DNA of 64,000 bases from Candidatus Woesearchaeota archaeon. Its GTDB lineage: Archaea; Nanobdellota; Nanobdellia; Woesearchaeales; JAZDKJ01. A program made the position numbers and the translations under genes. Position 1 is the stretch's first letter. Each line of letters opens with the position of its first letter. The notes below the pieces were generated by a model. The model saw only the letters and a list, made by a program, of their open reading frames with translations, did not search any database and was not told where the DNA came from. Below are positions 28,788-37,000 of this stretch, piece after piece. The stretch lies in the NCBI GenBank assembly GCA_043803105.1, contig JAZDKJ010000010.1, forward strand, positions 32,001 to 96,000, written 5' to 3'.

Positions 28788-29633
28788 ATGCAACAGATAA
28801 AAAGGAAGAGTCTTCTCTACAAAAGCCAGGTTGAATACGCAGATTTCTGCATTAACCATGTTGAAGGGTGCTCGCATGGATGTACTTTTCCATGTTACGC
28901 TTTCTTGATGGCCAAACGCTTTGGTAAAGCCAAGAACTATTCTGAGTGGATTCAGCCGAAGCTTGTCTCAAATGCACTTGATCTTTTGGATAGAGAGATA
29001 CCAAAGTACCGACAAGAAATAAAGTCCGTTCATTTATGTTTCACAACTGATCCTTTTATGTACAGGCAGAAGGAAGTCGAGCAGATGACTTTGAAGATCA
29101 TTGAAAAGCTGCACAAGGATAGAATTGTCTGTACCGTCCTAACAAAAGGGGTATACCCACAGATACTCGCTAACAAAAACATATTTGGAGACAATAAGTA
29201 TGGCATCACCCTTGTTTCTTTGGATGATGGTTTCAAGAAAAGGTTTGAGCGGTACGCAGCACCGTATGATACAAGAATAGAGTCACTAAGAATGTTACAC
29301 AAGAAAGGTCTCAGCACTTGGGTTAGCATGGAACCTTATCCAACTCCAAACATCGTAACTCAAAATCTTAAGAAGGTCTTGAACAAGATATCGTTTGTGG
29401 ACAGGATTGTTTTCGGCAAACTGAATTATAATGTGACCACCAGTCTATTCGGTGAAAATAAGACTTTCTACAATGACTGCGCTGATCAGGTAGTCGATTT
29501 CTGTAAAGACAATGGCATCGAGTGGCATATAAAATATGGGACTGCAACTGAAGAATTAAGGCCGAAACTTGTTGTACCAGCAATTCAGAAAGCTGCAGAT
29601 TTGAGACCATTTTTACGTACACAACCTGTATGA
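28788..29633 (+). CDS. Radical SAM protein, spore-photoproduct-lyase-like
   Basis: INHVEGCSHGCTFPCYA (CX3CX3C), TTDPF, VLTKG, GITLVSLD, RIESLR, WVSMEP. Confidence 0.85.
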   Translation: MQQIKRKSLLYKSQVEYADFCINHVEGCSHGCTFPCYAFLMAKRFGKAKNYSEWIQPKLVSNALDLLDREIPKYRQEIKSVHLCFTTDPFMYRQKEVEQMTLKIIEKLHKDRIVCTVLTKGVYPQILANKNIFGDNKYGITLVSLDDGFKKRFERYAAPYDTRIESLRMLHKKGLSTWVSMEPYPTPNIVTQNLKKVLNKISFVDRIVFGKLNYNVTTSLFGENKTFYNDCADQVVDFCKDNGIEWHIKYGTATEELRPKLVVPAIQKAADLRPFLRTQPV

Positions 29634-29651
29634 TTCTGTCTCTGCTACTTA

Positions 29652-30116
29652 TTAAAAGTGGTCAGGTGTTTTTTGCTCTTCTTTGTAAGGCAGTGTATAA
29701 TAGTTCTTCTTGCTGCCGTTGATATATGCCCTAACCAACTTCCTTTTTTGAAGCTCCTTCAAGCCTATTGACACAACAGCCACATTCAAACCTGTGGCTC
29801 TTGCAATACCCCTGACATGCCTCAAGGCTTTGTGTCCTTGCACCGAGCTAAGGTACTCGATGATCTTTTTTTGAGGGTTGGAGCATTCGTTTACTAGGGC
29901 TGCGCATTGCTTGGCTAGCTCCTGATTCCATCTCTCCGTCTGCCAGCGGCTGTTCCAATCCTCTAGAACAGCAATTCTCTTCTGAAGGGCTTCCTTCTCC
30001 TGCAGCAGCCTCTCAATTCGCTGATTCTTCGCCTCGAGTGTCATGCGCAACTCGTAAGAAGTCATAAATCGCTCGGTTGGATTTTGCCTAATTATTCTTT
30101 TTTTGTGTATGTCCAT
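29652..30116 (-). CDS. Coiled-coil + winged-helix DNA-binding protein
   Basis: Heptad region followed by QKKIIEYL...VRGIARATGLNVAVVSIGLKELQKRKLV; start uncertain. Confidence 0.65.
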   Translation of the reverse strand: MDIHKKRIIRQNPTERFMTSYELRMTLEAKNQRIERLLQEKEALQKRIAVLEDWNSRWQTERWNQELAKQCAALVNECSNPQKKIIEYLSSVQGHKALRHVRGIARATGLNVAVVSIGLKELQKRKLVRAYINGSKKNYYTLPYKEEQKTPDHF

Positions 30117-30201
30117 TTTTCCTGACATTCCAAAAAACAAGTGGTAGGGGACATTCACCCCTGCCAAAAAAAAATTCTAGCCCATCTTTGGTCAACGAAG
30201 T

Positions 30202-30600
30202 CTACTCTGTCGACTCTTGCTCGCCAATCAGTCTGATTGGCGTGCTTGGCTCCAGGGACAATTCCTGCATTTCTCCGTCAGAGTCTACTTTAATTCGTCC
30301 TTCATTCAGTCGCTGTCGCATGCCAACTTCTGGGACCAACTCGGCCTCTACCTCTGCCTTATTTTCGTTTACCAGCCGCTGCAGTGTCTCTTCTGATTCG
30401 TCTCCAAAGAATCTCTTGAAGTCTGTCCACGTCAATGTCCCAGCATCTGACAATTCCTTCAATTCTTCCATCTTTGTGTTGTTCTTCGCTGTCGTCGAAA
30501 TCCCTTTTCGGGCTAGACTGTGCCGGATACTGTCCGCCGGCCTCGTGTTACGCCATCCTTGCTTTCTTTCGTTTGTGTCGTGCACGTGCACCACCTCCAC
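30202..30600 (-). CDS. Hypothetical protein (GW...SxRHSLARKGI motif)
   Basis: 132-aa ORF immediately downstream of the ParB gene. Confidence 0.6.
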   Translation of the reverse strand: MEVVHVHDTNERKQGWRNTRPADSIRHSLARKGISTTAKNNTKMEELKELSDAGTLTWTDFKRFFGDESEETLQRLVNENKAEVEAELVPEVGMRQRLNEGRIKVDSDGEMQELSLEPSTPIRLIGEQESTE

Positions 30601-30606
30601 AATTTC

Positions 30607-31530
30607 CTATGGCGCCTCATGATTCATGGGCGCCAGGATCAGGATAAAGTCAGGGCTCTCAAGCCACAGAGGATTTCCAGGCTTGGCCTTCAAAGTTATC
30701 TTTGGGTAATGTTTGGCCAGGTCAAGCAATTGCCGGAGGCTCTGAGGATCGACATTTACTGCCAGTTCCTGGTCCATATGATCTGGGCCTACCTTGTAGT
30801 CATATTGGGGTACCGGAATTTCCACTGCATCAAAATGAGCCTTTATCACCTGGTGCGCCCCAATCGTCTTTGGTATGATTCCTGCCGGCCCGATGGAGTC
30901 CGAGTACAGGAATCTATCAGGCAGCTTTTCATCAGATCCCGCTGTAACCCCTAGCTGCCATAGTTTGCCAATGTTATTGAGGCTCAATGGCATTTTCTCC
31001 GGCTTTTGTGGCTCAGACTTTACCTTCCCATCCTCTTCCCTGAAAGCTCTCTTGATGTTGTCGTACGTCTTCCCGGATATGCCAAGCACCGCTGCGACCT
31101 TGTCCCTAGTCCTGCCTTGTTCATGCGGGTCACTAAGGCCCGTTTGGTATTCCTTGCTGCGATGGTCTCCTCCTCGCTTGGCAGGGTTAATTTTTTCCAG
31201 GACTTCTCCTGCCTTAAAGATCTCATATGGAGTCAACTCTCGTCTCAAAATGTTATCTATTATCGCCTGCTCTGTCTGTTTTTCTTCTGTGTCAAGGTCA
31301 TCCCTGACAATGCACGGGATCTTTGTCATCCCCAAAGCCCTGCAGGCCCTAATCCTCTGGTGCCCGGTGATAATCACGTTCCCTATCGTGATCTCAGGGA
31401 GGTGCTGCAGTTTCCTCGCCTTAATGTCATCCTTCAGGGCAATAAACTTTTCATCTGTTAGGTCTTCAAAGATCCTCTTGCTCACTGGGTTGTCAATGAG
31501 CTCTTCTGGACTAACTTCCTTTGTTGCCAT
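30607..31530 (-). CDS. ParB/Srx N-terminal domain + HTH + sliding-clamp-like C-terminal domain
   Basis: LKDDI...IITGHQRIRAC...DNILRRELT; HTH TRDKVAAVLGISGKT; C-terminus VDPQSLRQLLDL...ITL..KPGNPLWLE...LILAPM. GGAGG SD upstream. Confidence 0.8.
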   Translation of the reverse strand: MATKEVSPEELIDNPVSKRIFEDLTDEKFIALKDDIKARKLQHLPEITIGNVIITGHQRIRACRALGMTKIPCIVRDDLDTEEKQTEQAIIDNILRRELTPYEIFKAGEVLEKINPAKRGGDHRSKEYQTGLSDPHEQGRTRDKVAAVLGISGKTYDNIKRAFREEDGKVKSEPQKPEKMPLSLNNIGKLWQLGVTAGSDEKLPDRFLYSDSIGPAGIIPKTIGAHQVIKAHFDAVEIPVPQYDYKVGPDHMDQELAVNVDPQSLRQLLDLAKHYPKITLKAKPGNPLWLESPDFILILAPMNHEAP

Positions 31531-31627
31531 CTTCTCCCTCCAATTTCTCCAAAAATAATCTCAGCAGCTGCAACTCCTCCGGGAGCTGCTGTTCCAGCTC
31601 TTCTGGCAATTTCCTAACTTTTACCAT
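31511..31627 (-). CDS. Microprotein (38 aa) leading the ParB operon
   Basis: MVKVRKLPEELEQQLPEELQLLRLFLEKLEGEDGNKGS; TATA-like TTTAAATA upstream on the minus strand. Confidence 0.4.
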   Translation of the reverse strand: MVKVRKLPEELEQQLPEELQLLRLFLEKLEGEDGNKGS

Positions 31628-31796
31628 ATGAAACTATTATAGAAAGAACCTATTTAAAGATGATATCCATTTTTTACCATAAAATGGGTAGAAAAAGTAT
31701 ATATTCGCCGTATAGAATATTTCTATGCATTAATTTATTGTAATATTATCCCTAACTATATAAATATTTTTATAGTGCAGCAGTTTACTTCTCCAT

Positions 31797-32600
31797 ATGG
31801 CCTCTGATGAAAGGAAGAACGATACGGCAAGGCAAGAGAGATACGACGTAAATCTTACAGACACCCAGCTGAAGATTGTGATTAATATGTTGAATTATGC
31901 AGACGCATGGAAATCAACGCCGGCTAGGAACGGTCGCACCTGGGATCAGCTCCTGCGCAGCTACAAAAATGTTGAACTGGAATTCCTGCCAGGTGATGGC
32001 TGGCTGACCCACAACATAATTGAACATCAGGGCGTGGATTATACTTGGAGTAAGCGATCGTTACATCTTACGAATGAGCTCAACAAGAAAAAGAAACTTG
32101 TTGAAGCCAGTTGCTTCGAATATAAAAACAAAAATAACTTGATAGCCGGAAAGATGGTCTATCGGCTACGGAAGGGTGATAAGGCCTTTAAGAGACTATT
32201 TTATTCTCTGAGAAGCAAAGGGAAACTGAACGAGTTCTTGAAAAGCGATTATTTCATGGACGCAAAGATTCCTGTCACCCTAAAGGAACTGTATTTTGCC
32301 AAGGGCAGGGATTTTCAAAAACTGAAAGAAGAAGATTATGCCTTATATTGTGAGGTGGTTGAAGAGTCTTTTGCCCTCGCTTACGCTCAACGTAAGCTTT
32401 ATATTGTTCCTCCTTCTCTTATTATTGCTTACCTGGATGGTTATGACCTCCAGGCTGCAGTCAACGAATTTGGCATCAATACAATCCTCAAATCATGTTT
32501 TGTGTACGATCTGGTAATATGCAAGGACATAAAATGTCAGAAGCTTTACATGGAAGCCCTGAAAAAATTAAACGAAATGGAGGTCAACAGTAAGAAATAG
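31797..32600 (+). CDS. Hypothetical protein (possible regulator, divergent from the ParB operon)
   Basis: 267-aa ORF with TATATAAA ~35 nt upstream. Confidence 0.7.
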   Translation: MASDERKNDTARQERYDVNLTDTQLKIVINMLNYADAWKSTPARNGRTWDQLLRSYKNVELEFLPGDGWLTHNIIEHQGVDYTWSKRSLHLTNELNKKKKLVEASCFEYKNKNNLIAGKMVYRLRKGDKAFKRLFYSLRSKGKLNEFLKSDYFMDAKIPVTLKELYFAKGRDFQKLKEEDYALYCEVVEESFALAYAQRKLYIVPPSLIIAYLDGYDLQAAVNEFGINTILKSCFVYDLVICKDIKCQKLYMEALKKLNEMEVNSKK

Positions 32601-32645
32601 CAGGTGTTTACGCCCAGACGGTCCGATGCACAGCCTCGGCGTATT
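32578..32645. repeat. Dispersed intergenic repeat, copy A
   Basis: TGGAGGTCAACAGTAAGAAATA is identical at 36674-36695; the downstream GCAGG..GTT.TACGCC...TGCACAGCCT.CGGCGT is also conserved. Confidence 0.75.
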
Positions 32646-32734
32646 ACTTTTAGTTAAAGTCCGATAAAATGTATCTCTTCATCATTTTGGCAATAAACAG
32701 TTATCTTTAAAAGTCTCATGCCTATTTTTTGATT

Positions 32735-33619
32735 ATGAGTCTTCCAGCCCGCAGAGCGAGCACCTATCTTGCAGAAAAGCATCTCTCTCCACTGCAAATT
32801 AAAACCATCATGCAGACTATTTTGGGATCTACGCCAATCACGACAGTGGATGAGGCACTTGATGGCTGCCCTTCCATGGACAAGATTCCTGTCTTGGATG
32901 ACTTATTGTTCGACTTTCCTTTTGCTGTGCAACTGACTGACTTTGGCTTGGTTTACAGGTTTTTGGGCAATGAATCAGCAGGCCATCTGTTACATATCGC
33001 AACAAATATCTTTAATAACGGTCTCGAGCAAGGTTTCGGCCAAAGGCAAAAAGATTGCTGGGATGTAGTTTATTACATTGGAGATAAACTGCCGAAGGAT
33101 GCGACCACTAAAAAGCCCGGATTCGCGGACAAATTGGTGAAGGGAGATGAAATGTTTGAATTCCATTCAAAATTGCACCTTGGCCTAATTTCGCTTTCAG
33201 AAGGCTACTTTAAGGATGCACCTCATTTTACCGACGAACAAATTATGCGTATGGAAAACGACATCTCCGGATTGCTAGGCTCCAAAGGTGGTGTATTGGA
33301 TTACCTCACCATAAAGCAAAGCCAAATCTTGCTAGCGAGAGGCCAAGGTTTCGATAAGATTCACGGTGACCATCCGATGCGTAACATCGCGATTTATGGA
33401 AGGCCAATTAGGGACATTCCCCTTTATGAAAAGAGGCTTCCAGATTTAATAATCAAGAAAGCTGATGGGTTGATAGATGCTTACAGGACTTGGGAAGACG
33501 ATTTTTTGGCTGGCAAGCTCTCCAAGGAGCGGGTCAATGATTTCTATGAAACTTGGTCGAGCACTCTGTCAGAGATTCTCGTTGACTGCCGAGATAGACT
33601 GCAGGCGAAATACCTGTAA
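32735..33619 (+). CDS. Hypothetical protein
   Basis: ~294-aa ORF flanked by 15-bp direct repeats. Confidence 0.7.
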   Translation: MSLPARRASTYLAEKHLSPLQIKTIMQTILGSTPITTVDEALDGCPSMDKIPVLDDLLFDFPFAVQLTDFGLVYRFLGNESAGHLLHIATNIFNNGLEQGFGQRQKDCWDVVYYIGDKLPKDATTKKPGFADKLVKGDEMFEFHSKLHLGLISLSEGYFKDAPHFTDEQIMRMENDISGLLGSKGGVLDYLTIKQSQILLARGQGFDKIHGDHPMRNIAIYGRPIRDIPLYEKRLPDLIIKKADGLIDAYRTWEDDFLAGKLSKERVNDFYETWSSTLSEILVDCRDRLQAKYL

Positions 33620-33626
33620 TTCTTCT

Positions 33627-33641
33627 CAGCCTCGGCGTATT
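33627..33641. repeat. 15-bp direct repeat CAGCCTCGGCGTATT (also at 32631-32645)
   Basis: Exact match by direct inspection. Confidence 0.7.
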
Positions 33642-34279
33642 TATTCTATGGCAAGTTTCTCGATAAAGTTTCTTCGGATATACCTATCCGTTTTCCTGAA
33701 CAAGTCCTTAGAATAGGTCATGAAGCCAGGATTTTCTCTCATAAATGTTTCTGCTGCAATATAGCCCAGGATATTACTCTGAATTCTACTTTCCAACATG
33801 CTGCTTTGTAGTCGAAGAGTCAAAGGTAAATCCTTGCTACCTTGATTGTGAACCGGTTTAGAATATGTAGGTTCTGGTCCTTTGAATAAATGATTATGTA
33901 TGGTGTCTTTCAACAAAATCTCACAAATTGTCTGACCTAGCCTTCCGAAAAATTCGTCAACGTCGGAATCCCATAAATTATCTTTATATTCTTTAATTAT
34001 TGCCAAGGGTAAATACCGCCTAAAATTGTAAGGTCTCAAAGATTCTCTTAGAGAATGTGCCACTTCCTCGCCATAAACCCTGCCTTCGCCAAAATCTCGT
34101 TCCGTGATACAAATATTTCCTTTGAAGTCAATATAGCTTGATTCATATGACGGTAGAATTTGAGGGATATGAACCTCAATATTGGGTTTCCTCGCTGACT
34201 TTGCTTTAAGAAAATGTGCAAATGTTTCCCAGCACAATTCTACCTCAGCAATAACCTGTTCAGATGTAGTTTTTGCCAT
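33641..34279 (-). CDS. Hypothetical protein with zincin-like EExxH motif
   Basis: YGEEVAH...VDEFFGRLG; likely start MAKTTSEQ. Confidence 0.6.
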   Translation of the reverse strand: MAKTTSEQVIAEVELCWETFAHFLKAKSARKPNIEVHIPQILPSYESSYIDFKGNICITERDFGEGRVYGEEVAHSLRESLRPYNFRRYLPLAIIKEYKDNLWDSDVDEFFGRLGQTICEILLKDTIHNHLFKGPEPTYSKPVHNQGSKDLPLTLRLQSSMLESRIQSNILGYIAAETFMRENPGFMTYSKDLFRKTDRYIRRNFIEKLAIE

Positions 34280-34419
34280 CAGAATTGTGCAAATAACTAT
34301 TCTACTTTTAAAGGTTACTTGGTTTATTTTAGGAGCAGTCTTCCTTAATAAAAGCAAAGAATAAAAGTAAGATGAGAAGGTTGGTACGCTCTGTAGCCCA
34401 GTTGCAAAGCCTGCGTCTA

Positions 34420-35136
34420 TTACTTTATCTTCCCCTTCTGCACCAAAGCTATGACCTCTCTTGCTGCCCTTTTTGTGTCTGGCTCTCCTTGCCTGAGTAT
34501 CAGGTGCTTTTTCCTGGCAATCTCCTCCAGGGTCTCAAAGTGGTCCTCGCGCCTCTCTACAGAAAAGTGTCTCTCTACCCTACCTTGCATCTCTTCGATG
34601 ATATTGATTGCCACCCCTTCAGGGTCTCGCATCTTGTGTGTGTCTATTGCTCCTACCATCTCAAGCATCGTAGCATCTGCGTCTTCTTCAATTACTCCCG
34701 GCGTATCGATAAGCATTATCTTCTTGCTTACAGCTATCTTCTGCACTCCGTGCGTGTAGCCGGATACGCTGCTTGTCGGAGCGCTGTGCCTGCCCTTGAG
34801 GCTGTTTATTAGCGTTGATTTTCCTGTGTTTGGATAGCCTACAACTCCAACAGTTGCGCTCTTGCCCTTTGCAAGCTCCATAATCCTCTTGTAAAGCCTC
34901 ATAGTCCCCATGTGCTTTTGGCTGCTGACCTGAATAGAGTTTGGTATGTGCAACCTTGCCTGCCCCTCTCTAGTAAGAAGATCCACTTTGTTTAGGACAA
35001 AGATGTGCTTCTTGCCAAATTCTTCTATTTTCTTGGCTATGTCCTGGTTTGCTCTGGGTTGCCGCGCGTCCAGGACAATGAGTACTATGTCTGATTCTTC
35101 TATTACCTTTTGCACCATTTCCGAGTATCTTTTCAT
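34420..35136 (-). CDS. RbgA/YlqF-family circularly permuted GTPase
   Basis: VLDARQP, LNKVDL, VSS, VGYPNTGKSTLIN, GYT, LIDTPG (G4-G5-G1-G2-G3 order). Confidence 0.92.
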   Translation of the reverse strand: MKRYSEMVQKVIEESDIVLIVLDARQPRANQDIAKKIEEFGKKHIFVLNKVDLLTREGQARLHIPNSIQVSSQKHMGTMRLYKRIMELAKGKSATVGVVGYPNTGKSTLINSLKGRHSAPTSSVSGYTHGVQKIAVSKKIMLIDTPGVIEEDADATMLEMVGAIDTHKMRDPEGVAINIIEEMQGRVERHFSVERREDHFETLEEIARKKHLILRQGEPDTKRAAREVIALVQKGKIK

Positions 35137-35275
35137 CTAGGAGTAAAGTGCTTTCAGTCTTTTAATAAGCTTCCTACATCACTCTTGGAGGGCAATCGAT
35201 ACAATAAAGAATTTGATACCTCACGCGCTTTGCAATCTGAAACTTGGCGGTTTTCAGGAGTAATTAGCAACAAAT

Positions 35276-35334
35276 TTGTCCTTAAAATAAGGAAAACTTT
35301 ATATAATATTGTCCTTAAAATAAGGAAAACTTTA
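35276..35334. repeat. Two 26-bp direct repeats with an internal palindrome, overlapping a TATA box
   Basis: TTGTCCTTAAAATAAGGAAAACTTTA at 35276-35301 and 35309-35334 (33-bp period); core TCCTTA-AAA-TAAGGA. Confidence 0.85.
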
Positions 35335-35362
35335 AATAGAAGGAACCATTCCTGGGTCTTAT

Positions 35363-36667
35363 ATGAATCAGAAAGAAGTAGAACAATATCTAGTAGATTT
35401 CCAAAAAAGGGAATTCCCAAAATTAGTAGATAGGACTCTAAGAGTGTCTTTAGGGAAAAAGATAACTGCAATAATCGGTCCTAGAAGGGCTGGAAAAACT
35501 TCTTACCTTTATCAGATAATGCGAGAGGTGATGAAGGCAGGAAAAAATAAAGAGGATATTGTTTACCTGAACTTTGAGAGTACCAAATTATTTGACATTA
35601 ACTTCAAAGATATAAAAGAAGTTGTCGCGATTCACAAAAGGTTATTCCCAAAAACAAAAAATCCTGTCTTATTTTTGGATGAGCCTCAAAACATACAAAA
35701 TTGGGAAAAGGCTGTAAGAGAACTGGATGATGAAGGATACATGATATTCATAACAGGTTCATCTTCTAAATTGTTAAGCAAAGAAATTGCCACCTCATTA
35801 AGGGGAAGAAGCATAAGCTATTTGTTACTGCCTTTCTCTTTCAGGGAATTCTTGGATCTGAAAGGATTTCCTGCCCCAAGATTGACAAGCTCTGAGGAAA
35901 AGACTAAGATACTTGCCTTCCTGGATGAATATCTTGAATTTGGAGGATTCCCGGAAGTTGTTCTGGAACAAGACAAAGATACTAAACTTAGGATAATAGA
36001 GAGCTACCTTGATCTTACAGTCTATAAGGACATAGTGGAAAGGCATGCAATTAAGGACTCTATGCTCATAAAATGGCTTATTAAGTCTGTTGCCTCAAGT
36101 TACACTAAGGAGATTAGCATACTTAAGATATATGATACCCTAAAATCCCAAGGGAGGAGGACATCAAAAGATGAGTTGTATGCATATGCTTCTCTATTGA
36201 ATGACTCTCTTTTTGCGTTGTACCTCCCTAAGTTTAGTTGGTCTGTAAGGAAGCGGGAGCCTGTCAATAAGGTGTTTCTTTGCGATACTGGTTTTGTAAA
36301 GATGATTGAGATCGGCAAGGATGTAGGAAAGAAAATGGAGAATGCCTTTTTCTTAGAGATGCTAAGGAGGAAAATGCCAACGATAGAATACTATTACTGG
36401 AAGAATGTCCAACATGAGGAAGTGGATTTACTTGTCAAAGAAGGGGCAAAGATTACTAGCCTAATCCAAATTAGTAAGGAACTCGACAATCATGAAATAA
36501 GAGAAAGAGGGATCCGGTCATTGCTCAAAGCAAGCGCAGAACTCAAATGCGATGAATTGATTATGATCACAGAAAATCATGAAGCAGTAGAGAAAGCTGA
36601 ATGGCATGGAATTAAGGGGAAAATCAAATATATTCCATTATGGAAATGGTTGTTAATAGCAGGTTAG
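35363..36667 (+). CDS. AAA_14 ATPase with DUF4143 C-terminal domain
   Basis: GPRRAGKT, LFLDEPQ, ITGSSSKLL...LRGR, PFSFREF, GGFPE, KVFLCDTG, MEN, EVDL, PLWKWLL. Confidence 0.92.
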   Translation: MNQKEVEQYLVDFQKREFPKLVDRTLRVSLGKKITAIIGPRRAGKTSYLYQIMREVMKAGKNKEDIVYLNFESTKLFDINFKDIKEVVAIHKRLFPKTKNPVLFLDEPQNIQNWEKAVRELDDEGYMIFITGSSSKLLSKEIATSLRGRSISYLLLPFSFREFLDLKGFPAPRLTSSEEKTKILAFLDEYLEFGGFPEVVLEQDKDTKLRIIESYLDLTVYKDIVERHAIKDSMLIKWLIKSVASSYTKEISILKIYDTLKSQGRRTSKDELYAYASLLNDSLFALYLPKFSWSVRKREPVNKVFLCDTGFVKMIEIGKDVGKKMENAFFLEMLRRKMPTIEYYYWKNVQHEEVDLLVKEGAKITSLIQISKELDNHEIRERGIRSLLKASAELKCDELIMITENHEAVEKAEWHGIKGKIKYIPLWKWLLIAG

Positions 36668-36673
36668 AACAAT

Positions 36674-36828
36674 TGGAGGTCAACAGTAAGAAATATAGTT
36701 GAAGTCATCGACTAATCATTTATGACTTCCACTATTAGGAGAAGAAATACAATTCCTATTAAGGGGTTATTTCTTCGACTATAGCAGGGTTCTACGCCTT
36801 GAGTGTAAGTTGCACAGCCTTCGGCGTT
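36674..36828. repeat. Dispersed intergenic repeat, copy B (interrupted by an 86-bp insertion)
   Basis: Aligns with 32578-32645 once the insert is removed. Confidence 0.7.
36696..36781. mobile_element. 86-bp MITE/REP-like insertion with TA duplication
   Basis: Ends TAGTTGAAG...CTTCGACTA (8/9 inverted), flanked by TA at 36694-95 and 36782-83, absent from copy A. Confidence 0.6.
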
Positions 36829-36938
36829 TCTTCTTGAAAAGTCTAAAGCTCTAGCAAACAGCTATCCTAAAAGTGTCATTCTGTGATGGAGAAGGTGCTA
36901 CCTCATGCATTACAGAAATAATTAATACAACAAGCTTT

Positions 36939-36974
36939 AAAAAAAAATTAATGGCCGGAGTTTGACACTCCGGC
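36939..36974 (-). terminator. Hairpin + U-tract terminator downstream of the Cys-rich gene
   Basis: GCCGGAGT-ttgac-ACTCCGGC stem followed on the minus strand by a T9 tract. Confidence 0.6.
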
Positions 36975-37000
36975 AAGCTAAACTAACAATCGTTGTTCTT

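Larger units (their letters stand above)
4900..32600. mobile_element. Accessory defence/MGE-like island (boundaries approximate)
   Basis: Dense ORFans, nucleases, helicases, R-M and ParB genes; several visibly AT-rich segments. No integrase or att site found. Confidence 0.4.

Noticed and set aside
30435-31558. Several long plus-strand ORFs opposite parB
   Set aside because: Antisense to a gene with clear motifs and lacking motifs of their own.
35276-35334. Mini CRISPR array
   Set aside because: Only two repeats with a 7-bp gap, far too short for a spacer.
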